A stretch of 64,000 nt of DNA, from the NCBI GenBank assembly GCA_039818205.1, contig JBCBUK010000004.1, forward strand, positions 40,302-104,301, given 5' to 3'. Below, piece after piece: positions 39,178 to 48,542 of the stretch (position 1 is the stretch's first letter; each line of letters opens with the position of its first letter). The position numbers and the translations under genes are program-made. A model generated the notes under the pieces. That model worked only from the letters and a program-made list of their open reading frames with translations. It was not told the DNA's origin and made no database searches. The stretch is from Verrucomicrobiota bacterium. GTDB taxonomy: Bacteria; Verrucomicrobiota; Verrucomicrobiia; Opitutales; Cerasicoccaceae.

Positions 39178-40121
39178 AGCCAATTCATCTCATACATCAT
39201 CCCGATTGTCGGCTGCACGATACGGGTGGCTACCACCCAGAACGCCCAGAGCGCACTCAAGTCATCGTTGAGGCGTTTAAGGCGGCGACGTTTGCCCGCC
39301 CGATTGTTTGGGAGCTGGCAACGCCGAGTGAACTTTCTTGGATAGAGAAAGTTCATGATGGTCATTATATTCGGCGGATCGAAGAACTGTGTTTGCGTGG
39401 TGAAACGGCGCTTGATCGAGGCGATACTCAAGTCTCCGATGAGTCATTTGACGTGGCGAGACTGGCAGCCGGAGCTGCTATGCAAACTGTTGACTGTGTT
39501 CTGCGGGCAAGTGCTCATGCAGCTTTCAGCGTTATGCGCCCGCCTGGGCATCATGCAGAAGTAGCCGAAGCAATGGGGTTTTGTTTGTTTAACAATATCG
39601 CTATTGCCGCGCGGTACGCCCAGCAGGCTTATGATTTAAAACGTGTCGCCATTATCGATATCGATGTGCACCATGGAAATGGGACGCAGGCAATCTTCTA
39701 CGAAGATCCGAGTGTTCTCTTTGTTAGCTTTCACCAGTTTCCTTTTTATCCTGGAACCGGATCATCAATCGAACGAGGGCGTGGACTCGGTGATGGCGCT
39801 ACTTTAAACATACCTTTAACGGCTGGGGCCAAGTTTGATGAGTATGAGAGCGCATGGCATGATCAAGTCTTGCCTAAGCTTTTGTCGTTTGAGCCAGAGA
39901 TGATTCTTATATCAGCAGGTTTTGATGCGCATAAAGATGACCCACTGGCTAATATGCTTCTTAAGACTTCCGACTTCCTTCAGTTAACGCGTTTAATTGG
40001 TGGCTTTGCTGAGCAAAGTTGTGGTGGCCGAGTTGTTTCAATTTTGGAAGGTGGCTATAATCTCAAGGCTCTTGCTGCTTCATGTGTTGCACATGTGGAT
40101 GGGCTTTGTGGCATAGAGTAA
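39174..40121 (+). CDS. Zn-dependent histone deacetylase family protein (class II-like acetyl-lysine/acetylpolyamine amidohydrolase)
   Basis: HPERPER, RPPGHHA, GFCLFNN, DIDVHHGNGTQ, YPGTG, SAGFDAH..DPL, LEGGY; TTG start overlaps the upstream stop (TTGA). Confidence 0.93.
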   Translation: MKPIHLIHHPDCRLHDTGGYHPERPERTQVIVEAFKAATFARPIVWELATPSELSWIEKVHDGHYIRRIEELCLRGETALDRGDTQVSDESFDVARLAAGAAMQTVDCVLRASAHAAFSVMRPPGHHAEVAEAMGFCLFNNIAIAARYAQQAYDLKRVAIIDIDVHHGNGTQAIFYEDPSVLFVSFHQFPFYPGTGSSIERGRGLGDGATLNIPLTAGAKFDEYESAWHDQVLPKLLSFEPEMILISAGFDAHKDDPLANMLLKTSDFLQLTRLIGGFAEQSCGGRVVSILEGGYNLKALAASCVAHVDGLCGIE

Positions 40122-40548
40122 GGCTTAAGTGTATGCGTTCTGAAATCGCTTTGTGGAACAAAGCAGTTTTATAACGCAAAGTATGTAACTTTATGGTTGA
40201 TATTTTCTCACCATGGAGCTACACAGTTCATCTTATTGGAGCTTTAAGCTCATACTACCTTATTCAAAGTGGTCCAATATTGCCTAACAACAGCTCTTCC
40301 AATTTTGGATTTAGGATTACGCAAAATGCGTTTTCCAACGGGAGGGGCTTCCGATCAAAGCAATCGTTTTGTTCAATGGAGTATGGCAATTGATGGATTT
40401 GCTTTTGAAACTTCGCTTTATTTTAAGGAGCTGCATGAAAGGTTCGTGGCATGGCAGCATTCTCCAGGATTATCTCTCGCATTTGTCCCCGTAACACTTG
40501 GGGCCTTTGTGGCGAGAAGCTACAACACAAACATAGACTAACCTAATC

Positions 40549-40986
40549 ATGGCTACGAAAAAGAAAGTCACTAAAAAGGCCGTTAAGAAGGTCGCTAAAA
40601 AAGCAACCAAGAAGGCCGTAAAAAAACCAGCTGCTAAAAAAGTGGCTGCGAAAAAGAAGGTCGCTAAAAAGGCGGTGAAGAAGGTCGCAAAGAAAGCAGC
40701 TAAGAAGGCAACCAAGAAGGTCGCTAAGAAGAAGGTTGCAAAGAAGGCGGCTAAGAAAGCAGTAAAAAAGGCAGCTAAGAAAGCTACCAAGAAAGTTGCT
40801 AAGAAGAAGGTCGCCAAGAAGGCGGTGAAAAAGGCAGCGAAAAAGGCCACCAAGAAAGTAGCGAAGAAGGCGACTAAGAAGGTTGCGAAGAAAGCTACCA
40901 AAAAGGTCGCTAAGAAAAAGGTCGCTAAGAAAAAGGTCGCCAAAAAAGCGACGAAGAAAGCTGCTAAAAAAGCGAAAAAGAAATAA
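40549..40986 (+). CDS. Histone H1-like, lysine-rich nucleoid protein (xxKK repeats)
   Basis: 145 aa with 75 Lys by my count; the rest is A/V/T plus one P and the start M, with no D/E/R. Synonymous codons vary between repeats. A-rich leader before the ATG. Confidence 0.85.
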   Translation: MATKKKVTKKAVKKVAKKATKKAVKKPAAKKVAAKKKVAKKAVKKVAKKAAKKATKKVAKKKVAKKAAKKAVKKAAKKATKKVAKKKVAKKAVKKAAKKATKKVAKKATKKVAKKATKKVAKKKVAKKKVAKKATKKAAKKAKKK

Positions 40987-41021
40987 ATTTACAATACGCG
41001 TAGCCACGCGTTAGCCTTTGA

Positions 41022-41050
41022 AGCGTCCGGCCCAGTTTAGGCCGGGCGCT
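41022..41050. terminator. 11-bp GC-rich hairpin after the H1-like gene
   Basis: AGCGTCCGGCC-cagttta-GGCCGGGCGCT (one G-U pair); followed by an A-run rather than a U-run, so atypical. Confidence 0.45.
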
Positions 41051-41119
41051 AAAAAGGGTTGCTTTGCTTGTCTCGATGCAAACACTGCTTCGGTTTAATT
41101 TAACTAAAGAAGCAGATCC

Positions 41120-42313
41120 ATGTCAGCATCGAACACCCACTTGTCGCCTTGGGCGCTCAACATTTCCCCGTCACCCACGCTGGCCGTCGACGCCAAAGCC
41201 AAGGCCCTGAAAGCCGAAGGCAAGGATGTTTGCGGTTTCGGAGCAGGTGAGCCCGATTTCGACACGCCCGAATTCATCAAGGAAGCGTGCATCGAATCCT
41301 TGCGTCGTGGCGAGACTAAGTATGCTCCAGCGGCAGGTCTACCGAAGTTGCGGGCCGCCCTCGCAGATAAGTATCAGCACGAAAATGGCGTCGCCTCGGT
41401 GGCACCTGAGCAGGTGGTCGTTAGTCCTGGAGGCAAATATTCGTGCTATTTGGCGATTTTGGCCACCTGTGGGCCCGGAGACGAGGTCATCATTCCGGCA
41501 CCCTATTGGGTAAGCTACCCGGAAATGGTCAAACTGGCAGGTGCGACTCCGAAGTTCATTTTTGCGGGAGACGATCAAGGGTTTAAGATCACACCCGAGC
41601 AGTTGCGTGAAGCACTTACGCCACAAACTCGGATGGTTGTGCTTAACAGCCCCTCAAACCCGACCGGTGCGATCTACTCAAAAGCCGAAATTGAGGCGAT
41701 CATGGCGGTGGCTCTTGAGGCCGGTATCTACGTCATGTCCGACGAGATCTACGAGTATTTGCTCTACGACGGTGTTGAATTTGTTTCTCCGGCGAGCCTC
41801 AGCGAGGAAGCTGCGGCAAAGACCATCACCGTTGCTGGTTTTTCTAAGACCTTTTCGATGACCGGATGGCGCCTCGGCACGTTGATGGCTCCTGCTCCGA
41901 TTGCCAAGGCCGTTGCGAGCCTGCAAAGCCAAACCTCTTCCAACGCGACGACCTTTGCACAATGGGGCGCATTGGCTGCCATGGAGAAACCCGAAGAAGC
42001 GAAATCTGCGGTGGCTTCGATGCTGGTTGAATTTGACCGCCGTCGTCTCAAGTTGCTGGATGGGCTGAATGCTATTGAAGGCATTCGTTGCGAGCGTTCG
42101 CAAGGTGCTTTCTATCTGTTCCCGAACATCGGCAGCTACGGGCTGAGTTCGACGGAGTTTTCGGCGAAGCTACTCGAAGATGAGTTGGTTGCCGTCGTGC
42201 CCGGGGTTGCCTTCGGAGCTGACGACTACATGCGCCTGTCCTACGCGACCTCCGATTCGGTCATCGAGAAGGGCTTGGAACGTCTCGCGCGCTACTGTCA
42301 GGGTCTGGGCTAG
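41120..42313 (+). CDS. Class I/II PLP-dependent (aspartate-type) aminotransferase
   Basis: [57 protein letters not shown]. Confidence 0.92.
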   Translation: MSASNTHLSPWALNISPSPTLAVDAKAKALKAEGKDVCGFGAGEPDFDTPEFIKEACIESLRRGETKYAPAAGLPKLRAALADKYQHENGVASVAPEQVVVSPGGKYSCYLAILATCGPGDEVIIPAPYWVSYPEMVKLAGATPKFIFAGDDQGFKITPEQLREALTPQTRMVVLNSPSNPTGAIYSKAEIEAIMAVALEAGIYVMSDEIYEYLLYDGVEFVSPASLSEEAAAKTITVAGFSKTFSMTGWRLGTLMAPAPIAKAVASLQSQTSSNATTFAQWGALAAMEKPEEAKSAVASMLVEFDRRRLKLLDGLNAIEGIRCERSQGAFYLFPNIGSYGLSSTEFSAKLLEDELVAVVPGVAFGADDYMRLSYATSDSVIEKGLERLARYCQGLG

Positions 42314-42338
42314 CGCCAAGCACAGCATGACTTTTCGG

Positions 42339-42371
42339 ATGGCCTCGCACGAAAACGCGAGGTCATTTTTT
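42339..42371 (+). terminator. Rho-independent terminator
   Basis: ATGGCCTCGC-acgaaaac-GCGAGGTCAT followed by a T-run, between the convergent aminotransferase and argA. Confidence 0.75.
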
Positions 42372-42396
42372 GTGTCTTAAAAGCGCTTAAAGTGCT

Positions 42397-43710
42397 TCAA
42401 AGCTTTCGAACCATCACTTTCGAGGAGCGCTTGGTTTGCTCATACTTTTCCCGCCGCGCTTTAGGAAGATCTTTGGGTGAACCTTCTTCGAAGCCACCGA
42501 TGTCCTGGAAAAAGCGGGCGGTTTGGGTGCTTAGTGCGATGACCTTTTTATACCCGAGACGCTTAGCCTCCGATACGGCAAACTCTGTCAGCGTCTTGCC
42601 GACTCCTTTGCCTTGGTAGAAGGGTTGGACAAGAACTGCGGCAAGTTCCACGGACTTTGAGCCGGTTAACTTCTGCAAGCAACAGCAACCGATGATGCTT
42701 TCATCGACAACGTATACATAAAAGCCGTCTATTTGCTTGATGATCTCTTGCTTAGTTCGAGTGACGACTGCTTCGGTCCGATTGGCGGCATTGCGCAAGA
42801 TCTGGTAAATGGCAATCGCATCGTCGGCGACCGCTGGCCGGATCTGTTGATAGTCGTTGGCGTGGATCATGGTTCCGAGCCCAACCTTGTCAAAAATCTC
42901 GGTCAGCAAGCCGCTGAACACGCGGCCATCGAGGATATGCGCACGGGGGACGCCTGACTCGAGCGCAGCGCATGCACTGCGGGCCTTGCTAATCAAACGC
43001 GTATCGATATCCTCTGGGGACTTGTTCAACGTCTGTTGAAGCTCGTCCAGCGGAATATTGATAAGCGATTGACCATTAATGATCAGGCCGGGATGCGGTG
43101 TCAGGTAAATCAATTTCGAAGCGCTCATGCCGGTAGCGAGTTCGGTTGCCAATACATCCGAATTGACGCGCAAGGGTTCACCATCACGGGTAAAGCAAAT
43201 TGGGCTAAAGACCGGAACAATTTCTCGATCGAGCAGATCGTTGATCAACTGAAAATCGATTCGGTCAACCTTGCCCGTATGTTGATGGCTCACGCCTTTG
43301 ATTAGGCCGACCTCCGTGGCTCGAACCGCATTCGTTAGGGCGCTTTTGAGATTATGCCGGGTTAACTGCCGGACGACACTTTGCCCGACCTCTGCAGATG
43401 CCTTGGTGGCCAGACGCAGGGTTTCGTCGTCGGTAGGAGCGCTCCCGTGGGCATCGCTGATCGGAATGCCTCGCTCGGACGAGAGCGACTTTAACTGCCG
43501 GCCAATCCCATGCACCAAGACAACCCGGATGCTCAGGCTCTTGAGAACCGCCAAATCCGTTATTACGTTGCCGAAATTATCGTCATCGACCACGGAGCCA
43601 TCGATGGCCACCACGAAGATTTGCCCGCGAAACATTGGGACATACTCAAGGATTCCCCGCAGGTCCGAGGGCTTCAATGAGGTCGTGGGTTGAGGTTCGA
43701 CGTCTTTCAT
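42397..43710 (-). CDS. argA: Amino-acid (N-acetylglutamate synthase) acetyltransferase, AAK + GNAT domains
   Basis: YVP.FRG..FVVAIDG, VLVHG, TGKVDRID, N.NSD, G..RAHILDGR....LL.EIF...G.GTMI, then GNAT (YQGKGVG). Confidence 0.9.
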   Translation of the reverse strand: MKDVEPQPTTSLKPSDLRGILEYVPMFRGQIFVVAIDGSVVDDDNFGNVITDLAVLKSLSIRVVLVHGIGRQLKSLSSERGIPISDAHGSAPTDDETLRLATKASAEVGQSVVRQLTRHNLKSALTNAVRATEVGLIKGVSHQHTGKVDRIDFQLINDLLDREIVPVFSPICFTRDGEPLRVNSDVLATELATGMSASKLIYLTPHPGLIINGQSLINIPLDELQQTLNKSPEDIDTRLISKARSACAALESGVPRAHILDGRVFSGLLTEIFDKVGLGTMIHANDYQQIRPAVADDAIAIYQILRNAANRTEAVVTRTKQEIIKQIDGFYVYVVDESIIGCCCLQKLTGSKSVELAAVLVQPFYQGKGVGKTLTEFAVSEAKRLGYKKVIALSTQTARFFQDIGGFEEGSPKDLPKARREKYEQTKRSSKVMVRKL

Positions 43711-43824
43711 CCTTAGTATTCCTATGGTTTCAACGCTTTCGGTAAACGCTAAAAATCGCCGGCATTTTCGAACAAGGCACATTGTCCGTTTGCTTTGCGG
43801 GAGAAAGTTCTATTGATTGAAAGC

Positions 43825-44739
43825 GTGGGCAATGAAGCGACATTCGACGAACATGTGCACGGCTTCCTGACAACCATTGAGTTGGAGAAGGGCTTGGCTG
43901 CCCATACGACAGCTAGCTATGAGAGTGATTTGAAGCAGTTTGTCGCCTACCTCACGAAGAAAAAAGTAGCCACTTGGACCGATGTCCAGTCCCACCACCT
44001 GTCAGACTGGATTGGCTCGCTGAGCGATGAAGACTACGCGGTTTCGACCTTGGCGCGTAAACTCGCGGCGGTTCGGGGGATGTCGAGATATTTGGTTATC
44101 GAGAAAGTGCGGTCCGACGACTTTACCGATCTGGTGCACGGCCCGAAGCTGTCGCGTCGCCTACCGGGTTCACTTTCGCCAGAAGACGTTGATGCCTTAC
44201 TGAATGGACCGGATGAGTCCACGCCTCAAGGAATTCGTGACCGGGCCATGTTGGAACTGATGTATTCGAGTGGTCTCCGTGTCAGCGAGCTCTGTTCTTT
44301 GCTTATTCAGGACGTCGATCTCGAGAACGGAGTCGTCCGCGTTCACGGTAAGGGTTCTAAGGAGCGGATTGCACCGATTGGAGGAAAGGCGATCGAAGCC
44401 TTGGAACGATACTTCGAGGTGGGCCGACCGAAGTTAGTTAAACCACGAACCGGCAGTGACCTTTTTCTCAGTCAGTGGGGCAAGGCACTATCGCGAAAAA
44501 CCTTTTGGGTTATGATCAAAAAGACAGCGCGCCTCGCGGGAATTGAGCAAGATGTGAAACCCCACTTGCTACGGCATTCGTTTGCCACCCATCTTTTGGA
44601 GGGCGGGGCGGACTTGCGATCGATTCAAGAGATGTTGGGCCACGCGGATATCGCCACTACGCAAATCTACACCGCGGTTCGTAGCCAGGCCCTCGCCAAA
44701 GCACACGATGAGTTTCACCCCCGCAACCAGATCACCTAG
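43825..44739 (+). CDS. xerD: Site-specific tyrosine recombinase XerD
   Basis: EKGLA.HT..SY..DL, RDRAMLELMY.SGLRVSEL, GKGSKER, PHLLRHSFATHLL.GGADLRSIQEMLGH.DI.TTQIYT, FHPR. Start uncertain (TTG 43795 or GTG 43825). Confidence 0.9.
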   Translation: MGNEATFDEHVHGFLTTIELEKGLAAHTTASYESDLKQFVAYLTKKKVATWTDVQSHHLSDWIGSLSDEDYAVSTLARKLAAVRGMSRYLVIEKVRSDDFTDLVHGPKLSRRLPGSLSPEDVDALLNGPDESTPQGIRDRAMLELMYSSGLRVSELCSLLIQDVDLENGVVRVHGKGSKERIAPIGGKAIEALERYFEVGRPKLVKPRTGSDLFLSQWGKALSRKTFWVMIKKTARLAGIEQDVKPHLLRHSFATHLLEGGADLRSIQEMLGHADIATTQIYTAVRSQALAKAHDEFHPRNQIT

Positions 44740-44753
44740 CAGGTGAAGAATTG

Positions 44754-46421
44754 CTACTCGATTGCGACCTCCGGCGGGAGCGAGTAGCGAGAGCCCAGGG
44801 TGTTGTTGTCGGTGCGGATCTCGTCGCCTTGTTCGGTGCGAATGATGGACCCAATTTGCGCGCCACCGGGATTGATAAAATCGGAAATGGGAATCGAGAT
44901 CTCATGCTCCACCGATTCTCCCGGGAGTAGGGCAGTCAGATAGATTTCTTGAGTGTTCGCTGTGTTGCCAACCATCACGGTTAAAATCGGCGCCTCAACA
45001 GTTTCGGTTCCGCGGTTTTGAATCCCAACGCGAACCGGAACGCCATCCTCGGTGATGCCATCGATATCAAGAAAGTGATCGGAAACCGCTAGGTCGATGA
45101 TGCCGTCTTGGTCCGAGTTGATGAAGCGGCCAACATCCAGATAGCCGACACCGTAGTAGGCATCATTGCCCGGTTCACCGCGGTCATTCGCATTTGCCAG
45201 GACCAAGTCCGCGGCTTGCTGCGCAGTGAGATCAAACTCGGACATAGCCGCTGCAATGGCGGCGGTGACAATTGGTGTCGACGATGACGTGCCGCTAAAA
45301 CTCAGATTCACCTCGTTCGGACCCGCTGCGGTCACCCCGACCCCCGGGCCAGCAATGTCAGGATGGTTTCCATCAAGTCCAGCGTTGGGGAACTCCGCCC
45401 ATACGTTGTTCATGTCGACCGCGGTCACGCCGATCACTTCGTCGTAGGCCGCCGGGTACGCGATTTGGTCGACCCGTTCATTGCCAACGGCGGCAACCAC
45501 AACGACGCCCGAGGTGTCAGCGTAGGCAATGGCCTCGCGCACGGCGGGACTGTCACCAAAGCCACCCAGACTTAGGTTGATAATCGATGCCCCGCGTTCC
45601 ACCGCGTCGACAATCGATTGGGCAATAGTAAACGCATCACCGCCTTCTGCCCCGAGAGCCTGGTAGGCGATGATCTCAGCTTCTGGGCTCAAGCCACGGG
45701 TAAATCCGGGATCACCGTTACCAACGATTAAGGAGGTTACCGCCGTGCCATGGGCGCTCGATATCGGCTCATCGATCATTGGCACTCGGGTAATGTATGC
45801 GCCATTTAATGCGGGGTGGCTCTGGACTCCCGAATCAATCACGGCGATGCGAACGCCCGCACCCCACAGGCTGTTATCCTCATTCACTCCAATTGATAGT
45901 AGCCAATCATCGCCAAAGGGCAGCAGATACTGGCTAATTTCGGGCATATTGATCGGCTGCGGAAGCTGCACGGGAACATTAAAGGTTTGGCGAGCAATAC
46001 GGTCACCTAAGATACGGCTGAGAACGCCCGGGGACACATCGTTGGGCAGCCCGACGCGAATCATGCCAAGCGAAGAGATTGTGCCGCGAATATAAACACC
46101 AGCTTCGGTCAGTTGCTGGATTGCCTGATTGAGCGTTGCTTCATCCTCGAAGTGGAGAATGACCTCTCCAGGAATGACGCCTGAGGGATAGGAATAGGAA
46201 CCAGCGGGGACGAGGGCCGGGGATAGGCCAGAGCTCGATTTCTTAGACTGGGTTGATTGGCGCTGTGAGTCTTTGAGCTGCTCCTCGGCAATCGCCAGCG
46301 CTTCCGGTTTTTCAACTTGCTGATCCGACTCCAATGCCCGGTCACGCCCTATCCGCAAGGCGATTCCGATGCTGATTAGGAAAACGATCCCAAGAATGAT
46401 AATGCCGGTGTTTCGATTCAT
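44754..46421 (-). CDS. Membrane-anchored S8 (subtilisin-like) serine peptidase with C-terminal CARDB-like domain
   Basis: N-terminal TM; AVIDSGV (Asp), HGTAV (His), INLSLG, AAVGN, YPAAY, SGTS (Ser). Confidence 0.88.
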   Translation of the reverse strand: MNRNTGIIILGIVFLISIGIALRIGRDRALESDQQVEKPEALAIAEEQLKDSQRQSTQSKKSSSGLSPALVPAGSYSYPSGVIPGEVILHFEDEATLNQAIQQLTEAGVYIRGTISSLGMIRVGLPNDVSPGVLSRILGDRIARQTFNVPVQLPQPINMPEISQYLLPFGDDWLLSIGVNEDNSLWGAGVRIAVIDSGVQSHPALNGAYITRVPMIDEPISSAHGTAVTSLIVGNGDPGFTRGLSPEAEIIAYQALGAEGGDAFTIAQSIVDAVERGASIINLSLGGFGDSPAVREAIAYADTSGVVVVAAVGNERVDQIAYPAAYDEVIGVTAVDMNNVWAEFPNAGLDGNHPDIAGPGVGVTAAGPNEVNLSFSGTSSSTPIVTAAIAAAMSEFDLTAQQAADLVLANANDRGEPGNDAYYGVGYLDVGRFINSDQDGIIDLAVSDHFLDIDGITEDGVPVRVGIQNRGTETVEAPILTVMVGNTANTQEIYLTALLPGESVEHEISIPISDFINPGGAQIGSIIRTEQGDEIRTDNNTLGSRYSLPPEVAIE

Positions 46422-46466
46422 TTTCTAATCACCTAACAAGATTGCAGTCATGACGATAGGAGAAGA

Positions 46467-46494
46467 TTGACTATTGACGGATCAGAAGTATATT
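46467..46494 (+). promoter_or_regulatory. Sigma70 promoter, TTGACT-N16-TATATT, 6 nt before ATG (leaderless)
   Basis: Near-consensus hexamers; ATG at 46501 has no SD. Confidence 0.6.
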
Positions 46495-46500
46495 TAATGT

Positions 46501-46971
46501 ATGGTTGAAGCGAACTTAATAATCAGCTATCTCTTCTTCGGTGGACTCGCTGGCTTACTCGCGACCGCCGCGTTCTCTGGTTTGCTCTTTTTCTTCGAGC
46601 GAACCGGGATAACCAAAGGAAATATGGTAGTTGCGTTGGGAAGTCTTTTGACACATTCGCGACCGAGAGCTGCGCAAGTGGGTTTGATGATTCATTTGGT
46701 GTCCGGGATCTTTTTTGGCCTGCTTTACACCTGGGCGTTCATGGCCATCGGCATTTCAAGCGTTGGTGGATTGCTGTTGTTGGGCATTCTTTTTGGCATT
46801 CTGCATGGGACGATTGTTGCCGTTGGCTTGGTCGCTTCTGTTTCAGACTTTCATCCGCTGCCAGAGTTCCGCAATGCCACTTGGACCGTTGGGTTTTCTC
46901 ACGGATTGGCCCACATTGCCTACGGAGCCGTTATGGGAGTTGTTATTGGGCTTTCGGGTCTGGTTCATTAA
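46501..46971 (+). CDS. Small 4-TM membrane protein of unknown function
   Basis: Four hydrophobic segments, with His in or near the TMs (IHLVSG, LHG, SHGLAHIAYG). Confidence 0.75.
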   Translation: MVEANLIISYLFFGGLAGLLATAAFSGLLFFFERTGITKGNMVVALGSLLTHSRPRAAQVGLMIHLVSGIFFGLLYTWAFMAIGISSVGGLLLLGILFGILHGTIVAVGLVASVSDFHPLPEFRNATWTVGFSHGLAHIAYGAVMGVVIGLSGLVH

Positions 46972-47038
46972 TTGATAGAGTATGTTAAACCCACATTTGG
47001 TCGGAATAGTTTCACTTTCCTGGCAGGTGTTGCGTATC

Positions 47039-48361
47039 TTACGGAAGGAAGACAAATCCGATGAAAACCGCCGCAATGATCCAGGTGCCGATCGTCACGT
47101 CCTTTGCCCGGCCCGAGAATAACATGATGGCGCAGTAAAAGATCATTCCCGCCATGATCCCATGGGTGATGCTGAAGCTCAGCGGAATCAGCAAAGCAGT
47201 TAAGATAGCTGGGCCCACCTCAAGCAGGTCATCGAAAGCAATATGCTTGAGCCCCTGAGCCATGAATAGCCCAACCATGATCAGGGCGGGTGCGGTTGCC
47301 GCAGCCGGTATGATGGTCAACACAGGCGTCAAAAAGAGAGCGAGCAGAAAGCAGCATCCCACCACAACAGACGTCAATCCGGTTCGACCACCGGACTCGA
47401 TGCCCGTCGCCGACTCAATGTACGCCGTGGTTGTCGAAGTGCCCAACAGCGATCCTCCAATGGTCGCGAGCGCGTCCGCCGATAATGCGCGGTTTAATCG
47501 GGGCATCTCGCCGCGTTCATTCATGAGACCGCTTTGCCGACCGAGTGCGACCAGCGTCCCAAGCGAATCAAATAGATCCAAAATGAGCAATGTCGTGATG
47601 ACTGGCAGTGCTGTTTGCCACTCTTTAAACGGATAGAGCCAATCGAGTCCAAGGAAGGTTTGGCCAATACTGTCGGGCAAACCAACGATTCCCTTGGGAT
47701 GAGCGGTCAGGGTTCCGTCGCCGGATGGGATAAAGAGTCCCACGATGCTTAGCAGGAGAATGGTTCCGAAGATCGCGCCCGGAATCTTGCGCAGCGTGAG
47801 CACGGTGATCAAGACCAGGCCACCAAGCGCGAGTAGAGCCGGGGCTTGCATGAGGTCTCCCTCCGTTACCAGCGTCACTGGATTGCCAACGATGATACCT
47901 GCGTTTTTGAGACCGATGAACGCGATAAAAAAGCCAATGCCGCACTGGATGCCGATCTGCAAACAGTTCGGGAGGGATCGGATAATCGCAGCCCGCACTC
48001 CCGATACGGATAGCGCAAAAAAGATGAGTCCGTTCCAAAAAACCATCGAGAGCGCGCCCTCCCAAGGCACACCCATACCCACCACGACGATACTTGCGAA
48101 ATAACTGTTGAGCCCCATGCCAGGTGCCTGTGCGATGGGGTAGTTGGTCAGCGCCGCCATCAAAAAACAGCCCAAGGCCGCTGCCAGCGCGGTTACCGTG
48201 ATCAAACCTGGGAGATCCAAGCCGGTTTTCCCGCCATCGTGCAGGATGATCGGGTTGACCACGATGATATACGCCATTGCCGCAAAAGTCGTTAAGCCCG
48301 CTATTGTTTCCCGACTGACAGTTGTCCCGGCGGCTTCTAGTTTGAACCAGCGTTGTAGCAT
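47039..48361 (-). CDS. NCS2 / AzgA-family nucleobase (guanine/hypoxanthine/adenine) permease
   Basis: E..AGLTTF..MAYII.VNP.IL, APGMGLN.YF, D.FDS.GTL, YIESA.GI..GGRTGLT, ATAPALI.VG. Confidence 0.92.
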   Translation of the reverse strand: MLQRWFKLEAAGTTVSRETIAGLTTFAAMAYIIVVNPIILHDGGKTGLDLPGLITVTALAAALGCFLMAALTNYPIAQAPGMGLNSYFASIVVVGMGVPWEGALSMVFWNGLIFFALSVSGVRAAIIRSLPNCLQIGIQCGIGFFIAFIGLKNAGIIVGNPVTLVTEGDLMQAPALLALGGLVLITVLTLRKIPGAIFGTILLLSIVGLFIPSGDGTLTAHPKGIVGLPDSIGQTFLGLDWLYPFKEWQTALPVITTLLILDLFDSLGTLVALGRQSGLMNERGEMPRLNRALSADALATIGGSLLGTSTTTAYIESATGIESGGRTGLTSVVVGCCFLLALFLTPVLTIIPAAATAPALIMVGLFMAQGLKHIAFDDLLEVGPAILTALLIPLSFSITHGIMAGMIFYCAIMLFSGRAKDVTIGTWIIAAVFIGFVFLP

Positions 48362-48367
48362 ACCCCA

Positions 48368-48396
48368 AACTTGAGAAATAATTAGCAACAGCGCAA
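48368..48396 (-). promoter_or_regulatory. Putative leaderless promoter, TTGCGC-N17-CAAGTT, 6 nt before ATG of the NCS2 permease
   Basis: Read on the minus strand; same geometry as the other leaderless promoters. Confidence 0.45.
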
Positions 48397-48542
48397 AGAT
48401 GATTTCTTATCGGTAGGACTGTATCATTTTTAGTGGATAGCAATTAGGGTGTTTGCGTCATGTGATAGTAGGTAGGGTTGCTTTCTAGTAAAACTACGCT
48501 TGCGAATTTTCAACTTTATGAGCAGAACTCCCCGTTTCATCC

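Noticed and set aside
40193..40541. Short ORFs (66 and 90 aa) between the HDAC and H1-like genes
   Set aside because: They overlap each other, are AT-rich and carry no motifs; more likely promoter/UTR sequence.
40470..41007. Two antisense ORFs (157 and 154 aa, Phe/Leu-rich) over the H1-like gene
   Set aside because: They mirror the Lys/Ala/Val codons (AAA/AAG become TTT/CTT), which rarely create reverse-strand stops. No independent signal.
42397..43710. ArgA GNAT domain as the acetyl 'writer' for the H1-like protein
   Set aside because: It is a standard AAK+GNAT N-acetylglutamate synthase; proximity alone is no evidence.
43825..44739. Tyrosine recombinase as a prophage or island integrase
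   Set aside because: It has XerD-type housekeeping motifs, and there are no adjacent tRNA, att repeats or mobile genes.
46961..46990. dif-like GTATGTTAAAC about 2 kb from xerD
   Set aside because: The right arm is imperfect and the left arm fits only poorly with an 8-bp spacer; too weak to call.
48362..48542. Purine riboswitch upstream of the NCS2 permease
   Set aside because: No aptamer core seen, and the gene appears leaderless.
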